From Eubacteriales bacterium (GTDB lineage: Bacteria > Bacillota > Clostridia > Christensenellales > MGBC116941), in the NCBI GenBank assembly GCA_031550915.1, contig JAVBOF010000075.1, forward strand, positions 1 to 37,532: a DNA stretch of 37,532 nucleotides. The letters are read 5' to 3'. Of the stretch, positions 1 through 8,124 are shown piece by piece. Under the pieces are notes generated by a model that saw nothing but the letters and a program-made list of their open reading frames with translations, searched no databases and was not told the origin of the DNA. The position numbers and the translations under genes are program-made. Every line of letters starts with the position of its first letter. Within the stretch, counting starts at the first letter, position 1.

Positions 1-192
1 ACCGACTGGCTGTATAAGTCGGCGAGCGTGTTGAAAACGCACAACTACCCGCTGTACCAGGCGGTGTTCCCACCGCTCGTGGCCGGCAAGAGGCCACTAA
101 AACTACCCGGATCGTATTGGATACGGCTTTGGGCGCAGAACGAAGGTAATGCCCCGACGCTTTTGAAGGAAGTTAAGCTCAATGTGAATTGA
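1..192 (+). CDS. 3' end of a CDS (5'-partial) sharing its C-terminal domain with the next gene
   Basis: Frame 1 is open from 1 to TGA at 190-192: TDWLYK...GSYWIRLWAQNEGNAPTLLKEVKLNVN*, aligning with the end of 267..1667 (TDFLYK...GRYWIRLWAQNEGNAPTLLKEVKYYVDW). Confidence 0.8.
   Translation, partial: TDWLYKSASVLKTHNYPLYQAVFPPLVAGKRPLKLPGSYWIRLWAQNEGNAPTLLKEVKLNVN
114..177 (+). repeat. 64-bp direct repeat, copy 1 (copy 2 at 1586-1649)
   Basis: 61/64 identical by eye; the three differences are synonymous third positions in YWIRLWAQNEGNAPTLLKEVK. Confidence 0.9.
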
Positions 193-266
193 TAATGTTT
201 GCAATACAAGTATTAATAGCTTTCAATCACCGCCACATCCAAATTGGAATCTAGGAGGGCTAATCA

Positions 267-1667
267 ATGAAAAAGAAGATATTTATGCTTATGCTCGCCG
301 CCTCGCTGCTTTTTACCGCTTCTTTTGCGTTTGCAGCGGACTACAGGCAGGATTGGAGTAAAAGCTTCCAAGACAATGCGCCATTTTTGCGGTCTGCAAA
401 CTTGAATCCTATAAGCTCCGGAGGATATATTTTTACAATATCAGATACGCTTTATAAAACAGACAGTAGCGGCATAGTAATTCTTTCGAAAAAGGTGGGT
501 ATACCTTTACGCGCCTTGTCTATCGCTACAGATGAAGGGGTATATGCGAATACGAGTGTCTCTACGGATAGTTATATTTGTAGATTTGATTCAAATTTTA
601 ATCTTTTATGGCAGAAACCTTCCGGTTATGTTATTGGGAAACTGATGCCGACTTCAGACTATGGCTGTATTTTCAGCCAGCTTCGTCCAGGTCCTAAAGA
701 AGATTATTATGAAATCATTAAGGTCAATAGTATCGGTGAAAAGAAAGATATTGATGGATGGATATTTGGAATGATTCCTGTAACAAATCTCCAAGATGGG
801 AGTAGTGTTTTTTCAATGTATCCAGGTGAGGGATATCCAATTTTGATGAAATTTGACAGCTGCGGGCAACGCTTACCTGAGATAAAGATTGCTTCCGAAA
901 TCAAGGCCGTCACAACAAGCGGCGATTATATCGGATTGCGATATCCATATAATAAAATCTACATCCAGGATAAAAACGGTAAGCTGCGCACAAGCAAAAA
1001 TGTTGGGTTTCCGATCTCCTATGTAGCGGCCACCAAGGACGGCGGATTTGTATGCGCCGGAAACGTTACAAAAAGCGATGTGCAGAGCGGAGTATTTAAG
1101 GGATATTCCGTAAAAGGTGAATCCGATTGTGGCATTGCTAAGTTTGATAAAAACGGCAATGTCGAATGGAAAAAACTGTTTGGGACATCCGGCAAGGACG
1201 AGGTTAATTCTATCAATACCGATAAAAATGGCGGTATTGCCGTTGCTTCAAGACTGGACTTCATCAATGCCTTTAGCGCTAAAACCAACAATATCAGACA
1301 TTTCACACCTGTTAACAGGGCGCCTGTTGCAAAAAGCACGGACTTTAAGGCTAAAGCGTCTAATGCGGGAGTTTATGAAGCCCAGAAGATAAGGCTAATG
1401 GGCAGCGTCAACCCAAATAAAGGAAAATTGAAACGGGTGTTTGTAAACATATCCTTGCCGAATTTATACAACACAGACTTTTTATATAAAGAGAAGCTTA
1501 TATCCTCTAAAGGCGTATATAAGCTAAATACAAAGGACTTTCCTGAATTAAAGGAGGGAAGCGGGCCGTTTAAGCAAAAAGGCAGGTATTGGATACGGCT
1601 TTGGGCGCAGAACGAAGGGAATGCCCCGACACTTTTAAAGGAAGTTAAGTATTATGTAGATTGGTAA
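267..1667 (+). CDS. Secreted protein, probable beta-propeller repeats plus a conserved C-terminal beta-rich domain
   Basis: RBS AGGAGGG; Sec signal MKKKIF...AFA-A; propeller-like repeats (YKTDSSGIVI, CRFDSNFNLLWQK, AKFDKNGNVEWKKLFGTSGKDEVNSI). Confidence 0.75.
   Translation: MKKKIFMLMLAASLLFTASFAFAADYRQDWSKSFQDNAPFLRSANLNPISSGGYIFTISDTLYKTDSSGIVILSKKVGIPLRALSIATDEGVYANTSVSTDSYICRFDSNFNLLWQKPSGYVIGKLMPTSDYGCIFSQLRPGPKEDYYEIIKVNSIGEKKDIDGWIFGMIPVTNLQDGSSVFSMYPGEGYPILMKFDSCGQRLPEIKIASEIKAVTTSGDYIGLRYPYNKIYIQDKNGKLRTSKNVGFPISYVAATKDGGFVCAGNVTKSDVQSGVFKGYSVKGESDCGIAKFDKNGNVEWKKLFGTSGKDEVNSINTDKNGGIAVASRLDFINAFSAKTNNIRHFTPVNRAPVAKSTDFKAKASNAGVYEAQKIRLMGSVNPNKGKLKRVFVNISLPNLYNTDFLYKEKLISSKGVYKLNTKDFPELKEGSGPFKQKGRYWIRLWAQNEGNAPTLLKEVKYYVDW
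1586..1649 (+). repeat. 64-bp direct repeat, copy 2
   Basis: Matches 114-177. Confidence 0.9.
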
Positions 1668-1683
1668 TGTTTGTTGTGGATAA

Positions 1684-1724
1684 ACCCGGTCATTGTTTAA
1701 AGAATAATGGCCGGGTGGTTTCTT
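1684..1724 (+). terminator. Probable intrinsic terminator after 267..1667
   Basis: Stem ACCCGGTCATTGTTT / GAATAATGGCCGGGT followed by GGTTTCTT. Confidence 0.5.
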
Positions 1725-1831
1725 GCTATATTCCTACGGACTCGGTTCATGGAAAAAAATGATTTCGCCTAAGCCCAGTAAAGAATGAATGCATACAATA
1801 TATATATGACACCGACAACAAACTGCTTGAG

Positions 1832-3601
1832 GTGATGAAGGCTAATGATGCAGGCCAGATGCGCACTGTTGAAGGGTATGCTTACGACGCGAATACAGAC
1901 CGGCTGACGAGCGCTACGGAATATTTGCAATTTAATAGCCAGGCGAACAAAGCGGGAACGAAAATAGTCCGCAGCTATGCATATGACGCCCGGACAGGCA
2001 ACCCGTCGATGATTACGTATAAGAACGGTACAACCGAAGTTGAAAAGTATACGCAGGAATATGATACCGTTGGCTTCCTGAAAAACGAGAGCGTTTGGAG
2101 CAAGTATGGCACGGTGCGCAGCGTAGCGAAGGAATACACCTATGATGGTATAGGGCAGTTGAAGACGGGAAAGACGACAAAGGACGGCACTATTACCCTA
2201 AACACCTATCACTACGACGATATAGGCAACAAGACTGTAGAAACCAAAAAAGTAGGCAGCGGACCGATATATACTACAAGCAACGACTATAACCAAAAAG
2301 GATATTTGACTCGGACCGTCGAAAGTAATACCCAGAACAGCAATACTACGCGAACGGACTTTGATTACGACGATTGTGGGAACGTAGTTAAAGAGATGGA
2401 ATATGAAAACGATGTGCTGGTGAATACGAATACGTATAAGTATAGCAAAGCCAATCAACTGATTGAAACCAACGGGCAACCAGTGGCGCAGACCGCGACG
2501 ACGACAAAGACAGACAGCGTATATAACGGAGACGGGCAGCGGATTTTGCGAGATACCGGACTTGGGGCATCCAACAGTGAAGAAATCTATATTTACCTGG
2601 GATCGGCAATATTATTTACAGTGAACGAGAATGGTTCGGTATTGACGGAGAACGTGCTAGACCCAAGCGGGCGGATAATATGCAGCTGGAGGGATAGCAG
2701 CGGCAAGACGAACAGCTCGGATGAAGACTATTATTTCTATCACTACGATATGCGCGGGAGTGTAAGCAATATATTATCTACGAAAAAAACCTCGGGAAAT
2801 ATAACGCTGGTGCAGACCTATGACTATGACGCGTTTGGAAACGCGAAAGAAGGGATAGACCAAAGCGTATTCAAGAACGACATCCAGTTTACCGGAGCAG
2901 TGAACGATAAAGCCAGCGGATTGGTATACCTGAACGCGCGGCACTACAACCCGAAGACCGGGCGGTTTATGCAGAAAGATACGTACAGAGGTCAGGCCGG
3001 TAACCCGGGCAGCCACCACACGTATGCATATTGCAGCAACAATCCGGTTAATATGGTTGATCCGACTGGACATTGCCCTTGCTCTTATGCAAAATATTAT
3101 GGTACTGTTTACAAAGGAGAACACTTTTATGATTCGCTAAACTGCCCACCAAAACCAGTACAGAAAGTCGATAGAAAGCCGATGACTATAGTTGGAAGCG
3201 GTAGCAATAGATGGAATATTATAAAACATCCGCCGCATACAACTAAGAATTTGCCACACATCCATATTGATGATAAGTCTAATGGCAAAAAGTATGCACA
3301 AAACAGCGATGGATCTCCGCATGATGGTAATACAAATCAGCCATCGAATGGAATAAAAAGGGAATTAAGAAGCAAATATGGTTGGGATTGGGACAAGAAA
3401 AAGGCTGCATATGACAAAAAAATTGCGCAAGATAAAGCAAGAAAGGAAGCCGAAGAAAAAAAGAAGGCTGCGGAGGAAGAGAAAAAAAGACAACAAAAGA
3501 AAATTGAGCAGCTTTTAAGGAAGCCATCTATTCCAATACCTGAGTGGAGAGTGCTGCCTAATACTGGGGAATCAGATGGAATATGGAGTATATTTAAGTG
3601 A
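1832..3601 (+). CDS. Rhs/YD-repeat polymorphic toxin, 5'-truncated, with Rhs-associated core and C-terminal toxin tip
   Basis: Many YxYD repeats, core LVYLNARHYNPKTGRFMQKD and NNPVNMVDPTGH cleavage motif, then a divergent ~175 aa tip. YD-type sequence (IQYIYDTDNKLLEV) continues upstream of the GTG to a stop at 1760, so the gene begins mid-core. Confidence 0.9.
   Translation: MMKANDAGQMRTVEGYAYDANTDRLTSATEYLQFNSQANKAGTKIVRSYAYDARTGNPSMITYKNGTTEVEKYTQEYDTVGFLKNESVWSKYGTVRSVAKEYTYDGIGQLKTGKTTKDGTITLNTYHYDDIGNKTVETKKVGSGPIYTTSNDYNQKGYLTRTVESNTQNSNTTRTDFDYDDCGNVVKEMEYENDVLVNTNTYKYSKANQLIETNGQPVAQTATTTKTDSVYNGDGQRILRDTGLGASNSEEIYIYLGSAILFTVNENGSVLTENVLDPSGRIICSWRDSSGKTNSSDEDYYFYHYDMRGSVSNILSTKKTSGNITLVQTYDYDAFGNAKEGIDQSVFKNDIQFTGAVNDKASGLVYLNARHYNPKTGRFMQKDTYRGQAGNPGSHHTYAYCSNNPVNMVDPTGHCPCSYAKYYGTVYKGEHFYDSLNCPPKPVQKVDRKPMTIVGSGSNRWNIIKHPPHTTKNLPHIHIDDKSNGKKYAQNSDGSPHDGNTNQPSNGIKRELRSKYGWDWDKKKAAYDKKIAQDKARKEAEEKKKAAEEEKKRQQKKIEQLLRKPSIPIPEWRVLPNTGESDGIWSIFK
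2735..3073 (+). repeat. 339-bp Rhs core repeat, copy 1 (copy 2 at 5082-5420)
   Basis: About 16 mismatches in 339 bp by manual comparison; identity ends exactly at DPTGH. Confidence 0.95.
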
Positions 3602-3605
3602 GGTG

Positions 3606-4268
3606 ATGGAAGTGCAAATAAATGGAATTGACCTGGTGTATCTATATCGCTGGAATAATGAATTATATATGTCAGGAATAAGAATCAAAATGGTATTGAA
3701 AATTCTATCAAAATATTTTGATGGTTTTGTTTTACTTAACAAGCCTGGATTTGCTGACTTTATTGATTGTCATGAAGTACTATTTAGCAAAAATATCAAT
3801 AATATCAATAATATCGATATTGGAGATATTGGAGATTTCAGTGTAGTGGGATTTAAAAATTATAAAAATAATATTAAAGTGCTCCGAGACTTCGAAATTG
3901 CAGAGTTAACTTATTTTGCATATACACATATATTTCTTGAAAAAACATTATTCGACATAAATAAATATGTTTTTGCCTTTACGCATGACGATGGATGGTA
4001 TTCAAAAATAATTACAAACGATTTGGAAAAGCTTATAGACGATTTAATTTCGTACTATTTGACAAAAGAAAAGGACATTTTTGAATGGATAAAAAATTGT
4101 TCAAATACAGGTATTGTTGTTGAAAAGGATAATGAAACCAATTCGATCATGCGATTATTAGTATTGAATAGTGATATAAATGAGCAAATTAAAAATGATC
4201 CGGACTTTTTATTTAATTACTATGAGGACGTTATAATCGATTCTAAAGTGATTGTTGTAAATGGTTAA
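3606..4268 (+). CDS. Putative immunity protein for the upstream Rhs toxin
   Basis: AT-rich acidic ORF immediately after the Rhs stop; GAGGTG at 3600-3605 favours a start at 3606 or 3612 over 3576. Function inferred from position. Confidence 0.65.
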   Translation: MEVQINGIDLVYLYRWNNELYMSGIRIKMVLKILSKYFDGFVLLNKPGFADFIDCHEVLFSKNINNINNIDIGDIGDFSVVGFKNYKNNIKVLRDFEIAELTYFAYTHIFLEKTLFDINKYVFAFTHDDGWYSKIITNDLEKLIDDLISYYLTKEKDIFEWIKNCSNTGIVVEKDNETNSIMRLLVLNSDINEQIKNDPDFLFNYYEDVIIDSKVIVVNG

Positions 4269-4351
4269 GAACCGCATTTCCATAGCACATCAAGGGTTCC
4301 AAATTGGAGTAGTCGTTGATACAAAAATAAAATTTTAAGGTATGCGCAGTA

Positions 4352-5074
4352 ATGAAAAAGATAGTATTTTTACTTTGTTTAATAATGTTGTTTTTGTGTA
4401 GCTGCATAGGAAATAATCAAGTAAAAGCAAGTATAGGTTTTACTGAATTCAAAACGACTGACATACTTACAATGAAATATCAAAAGATTATATTTGAAAG
4501 CGCAATAGAATTAAATGAATCAGATAACTCTTTATCCGCAAATCATCTGAAAGAATTGAATCGTATTATTGGTATGAGCGATGACGAAAGGAAATCGCGT
4601 TTCTTGGATATATATGTTGCATTTAAGGAAGCCAACCGCCTAAAAATTAATTTGAAGCCAGAAGATTTTGCAAAAGATTATAATGAATACATGCAAATAA
4701 GTAAGGAACAAATATTCAACCTGGGAATAAAAAACAAAGAGGATATCTGGGAAAAAGTTGCAAAGGATCTAGAGAAAGCTGTTTCTGAAAGTAATTATTC
4801 AGAAAGTGAATTTTATGATAGAATCATTAAACCATATAATGAGCTTTATTATGCGAATGGGCAATTAATTAACTACTATTTCGATAACATAGGCCAGAGG
4901 CAAGACACTCTTAAGTATTTTGAGGAAAACCAGGATATGTTAAATGCTGAAAACTTTAATGAGCATAGAATTAAAGATATTCAGAAAGATGAGGAAGCAT
5001 ATAATGCATATATTAAAGATCTTTATAAAAAATATGATATTGAGCAGTTAAAGAAAGAAATTGGCTTGTATTAA
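4352..5074 (+). CDS. Lipoprotein, helical, weakly SurA-N-terminal-like
   Basis: MKK, hydrophobic stretch and lipobox-like LCSC; segment FKEANRLKINLKPEDF recalls SurA_N-type helices. Confidence 0.65.
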   Translation: MKKIVFLLCLIMLFLCSCIGNNQVKASIGFTEFKTTDILTMKYQKIIFESAIELNESDNSLSANHLKELNRIIGMSDDERKSRFLDIYVAFKEANRLKINLKPEDFAKDYNEYMQISKEQIFNLGIKNKEDIWEKVAKDLEKAVSESNYSESEFYDRIIKPYNELYYANGQLINYYFDNIGQRQDTLKYFEENQDMLNAENFNEHRIKDIQKDEEAYNAYIKDLYKKYDIEQLKKEIGLY

Positions 5075-5078
5075 ACAG

Positions 5079-5570
5079 ATGTTCTATCACTACGATATGC
5101 GCGGGAGTGTAAGCAACATATTATCTACGAAAAAAAACTCGGGAAATATTACGCTGGTGCAGACCTACGACTATGACGCGTTTGGAAACGCGAAAGAAGG
5201 GATAAACCAAAGCGTATTCAAGAACGACATCCAATTCACATGTGCAGTGAACGATAAAGCCAGCGGATTGTTATACCTGAACGCTCGGCATTACAACCCG
5301 AAGACCGGGCGGTTTATGCAGAAAGATACGTACAGAGGTCAGGCCGGTAACCCGGGCAGCCACCACACGTATGCATATTGCAGCAACAACCCGGTTAATA
5401 TGGTTGACCCGACTGGGCATGCGACATATAAAATAACGAATAGTATACCCAGTTATCCAGTAATAAACGATGATATTTCGAATGGTAACACAAAACCAAC
5501 TATTGGGGATTATGAGGTATTGAAACAAATAAATGCAATATCTATTGGTGGCAGCATTGTGGCAGGGTAA
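5079..5570 (+). pseudogene. Orphan Rhs cassette: core fragment plus a different, short or broken C-terminal tip
   Basis: Core ~95% identical to 2735-3073, then ~50 unrelated residues after DPTGH; conserved FTG changed to FTC; no following immunity gene. Confidence 0.8.
5082..5420 (+). repeat. 339-bp Rhs core repeat, copy 2
   Basis: Matches 2735-3073. Confidence 0.95.
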
Positions 5571-5669
5571 CCGAATTGCCGTTTATTCTGTCCGGTTTTG
5601 ATGCAACACCACAGAGATGCAGGTGAGGCATTGAACCATACGTAAGACATATTTCAATAATAACCGTCT

Positions 5670-5692
5670 AAAAAGGATACATGAGTGTATCC
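5670..5692 (-). terminator. Intrinsic terminator ending the transfer region
   Basis: Minus strand GGATACA-CTCA-TGTATCC-TTTTT just after the sortase stop. Confidence 0.6.
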
Positions 5693-5714
5693 AAAGATAT
5701 TTCGGGCACCTTAA

Positions 5715-6362
5715 TTATTGTAGCTTAGATTTTATTACAAACTTCTGCGGGGCATGGCCAACGTAGCGGAAAGGATAGCAGGTAACTAGCATTAAGCATT
5801 TTCCCTCCTCCACAGGAAATCGCAAGGCATCATCACTCGGGATGATTTCTACCGCTTGAACCTTATAGGAAAAACTACTCCCATCTGCAAATTTATAGAT
5901 TAAATCGTCATTTTCCTCCAGACCGTTCAAAAACCGGAAATCTCCATTCCTATGACCCATGAGAATGCATATACCTTCCTCGCCCGCTTTTGCGGAACTT
6001 TCCATCCAGCCAACGCCTTTTTTGAGTGTGGATTCATCCACACCCTGATTGATGTGAAATGTCTTTTTCTTGCCTTGCTTTACGACAGTTAGAGTATCAA
6101 ACGATTTTGCTGTTTTGCTTGGCTTTATAATTGTGCCACTTTCATTTGCGTCTTTGGATGGTTGTGCAGTTACCATATTTACTTGATTTGTAATTGATGG
6201 CGTATGTACGCCCTTGAATTGCATTGTATTCGGTACATCTGTTTTGCCGCTTGTATATGAATACGTAGTCTGTTCGTCTGAGCCTTTCACAGTGACGCAA
6301 ATTATTCCAATCGCTATTGATATACCAATAGCGACAAATAGCCTTATCTTTACTTTCTTCAT
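5715..6362 (-). CDS. Sortase (class D-like)
   Basis: N-terminal TM anchor; TLKKGVG, catalytic His in GHRN and Cys in LVTCYPF. Confidence 0.9.
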   Translation of the reverse strand: MKKVKIRLFVAIGISIAIGIICVTVKGSDEQTTYSYTSGKTDVPNTMQFKGVHTPSITNQVNMVTAQPSKDANESGTIIKPSKTAKSFDTLTVVKQGKKKTFHINQGVDESTLKKGVGWMESSAKAGEEGICILMGHRNGDFRFLNGLEENDDLIYKFADGSSFSYKVQAVEIIPSDDALRFPVEEGKCLMLVTCYPFRYVGHAPQKFVIKSKLQ

Positions 6363-6371
6363 AAATCCTCC

Positions 6372-8123
6372 TCAATTGGCCTTTACATATGGTCTAGCAT
6401 AAAAAATAATCTCCCACTTGCCGCCGCCCCATAGCTTTTGTATGGCAACGCCACCGTGGGAAGGTGTTGAATCGACAATCCTGCCATTGCCTATATAGAT
6501 GCCTGTGTGATGCACCTCCAGCTTGCGCCCGCAATGACAACCGCTTTTACGCCAGAATATCATGTCTCCCGGTTGCAGCTGGTCTTTTGATACAACTACA
6601 TTCTTTTCGACGCAATATTCAGCTTGAGCCTCAGACGTTCTGGGCAGATTGATACCCACGGATTTATACGCATACTGGGTCAACTGAGAGCAATCTAAAG
6701 TGCTGTATTTTGTCCCAACCTTTGAAACCGCCGCTTTAACGATTGCACCACCAAGCTCACCTTCGGGCAGATCTGCGTTGATTTGTGCCAGTTCATCCGG
6801 TGTCAATCCGCCGTTAATATCAATATCCAACATCCTAACAAACATGGCATAGAATTTCGGAGACATCATTTCTTCAAGAACGGCTTTTTGCTGATCTGTG
6901 AATCCGTACATCTGTGCAGCCCCGGCATAAGTCATACCGTCTACGCTGATTACCGCAATTTGTTTTTGCGTCTGAACAGTGCTTTCAATGCCGTTTTCGT
7001 CAGTAATTTGGGTTTCATCTATAATAGTTTTTTGGCTTACTGTAACCTTGTTCATATCCCAAAACACATCTCTTAATTTCGCTGCCTTAACATTGTCCAT
7101 AATTACAACATCCATGCCACTAGCCTTATCCATGCTGGTTTTCACGGCAAAAACACCTATAACATCTATCCAATTCAGACAATATGAATCGCCGTCCGAA
7201 TCCGGCTTCAATACCTCGCCATAGTCTACCGCGATACCGTTTACCTTGTTTTCAAGTTCGGTATCCAACTCATGCATTATAGCGGATAACGGCTTTACTC
7301 CCGCATCGTTCACATGCTCGTTGCTGTAAAAAATGCCGTAGGGCGAGAACAAGAGCATAAGTATTGCTCCAACCGCCATTATAATGAGAAGCACTATACC
7401 ACCGCCGCTTGCAATGATAAGGATTATGCTTTTAAGAGCATTAAAAACGCTATTCACAATAAACTTTACAGACTTATACGCTACCTTAAATACTTGCTTC
7501 GAGGCTTTAGCCGCTTGTTTAGCAAGCTTCTTTTGGCTGCGTTTCCTTATTTCGCGTTGTGCCTGTTTCCGCTGTTGGTGTTTCAAAAAATTCGCCTGTC
7601 GACTCAAACCAATAAATCTGCCCTGCTGTGATGCGGGTCTTATAGGATTGGTATAAAGAGGAGAGGGCTTATTTGGCTTTGCTGCTTTTGGTGAAATATG
7701 TACCTGTTTATGGGGCTGTGGTTTGGTGATATGTTGTCTTGCAGGAGTATGCCCTGAGGACGTGTTTTGAGAAGTGTATCCCCCATCCTGCGTCATATTT
7801 TCTGCTGTTATGTTTATATCATCCGATTTCGTATTCTTTGCCTGATTAGCTTTTTGTACTTTTTTCAGACTGCTTCTTTGAATAAACCGCTTAATTGAAT
7901 GCTTGCCTAAACTCAAACCGCCTTGTGCAGCTATGCCAGCCTTATCCGCAATACCGTCTTTATACTTCTGAGCGGTTTCGCCTTCTATGGAATCAATCTT
8001 ATGGTCCTGCAGTTGCCGCTCCTGTAACCCTTCTTTGGATTTCTTTAGAGAATCGAACGCCGCCCGCTTTATACTGCGGGCGGCGTTGCTGATAGGTGTC
8101 TTATAAGGTTTTTTCGCTCTCAT
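6372..8123 (-). CDS. Conjugation cell-wall hydrolase (VirB1-like), NlpC/P60 C40 peptidase
   Basis: Basic N-terminus, TM segment, C-terminal LDCSQL...LPRTSEAQ...LQPGDMIFW...HHTGIYIG. Start placed at the ATG at 8123, next to the virB4 stop. Confidence 0.88.
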   Translation of the reverse strand: MRAKKPYKTPISNAARSIKRAAFDSLKKSKEGLQERQLQDHKIDSIEGETAQKYKDGIADKAGIAAQGGLSLGKHSIKRFIQRSSLKKVQKANQAKNTKSDDINITAENMTQDGGYTSQNTSSGHTPARQHITKPQPHKQVHISPKAAKPNKPSPLYTNPIRPASQQGRFIGLSRQANFLKHQQRKQAQREIRKRSQKKLAKQAAKASKQVFKVAYKSVKFIVNSVFNALKSIILIIASGGGIVLLIIMAVGAILMLLFSPYGIFYSNEHVNDAGVKPLSAIMHELDTELENKVNGIAVDYGEVLKPDSDGDSYCLNWIDVIGVFAVKTSMDKASGMDVVIMDNVKAAKLRDVFWDMNKVTVSQKTIIDETQITDENGIESTVQTQKQIAVISVDGMTYAGAAQMYGFTDQQKAVLEEMMSPKFYAMFVRMLDIDINGGLTPDELAQINADLPEGELGGAIVKAAVSKVGTKYSTLDCSQLTQYAYKSVGINLPRTSEAQAEYCVEKNVVVSKDQLQPGDMIFWRKSGCHCGRKLEVHHTGIYIGNGRIVDSTPSHGGVAIQKLWGGGKWEIIFYARPYVKAN

Positions 8124-8124
8124 A

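Noticed and set aside
114-1649. 64-bp repeat at gene 3' ends as a DGR template/variable repeat pair
   Set aside because: No reverse transcriptase in the window, both copies are coding, and the differences are synonymous and not strictly adenine-specific.
2735-5420. 339-bp repeat as a DGR or IS ends
   Set aside because: It is the Rhs core; mismatches are mostly synonymous and involve all bases.
5571-5714. Left att site or integrase of the ICE
   Set aside because: No recombinase, no cotJC 5' half and no match to the right junction; only possible toxin-tip debris and a terminator.
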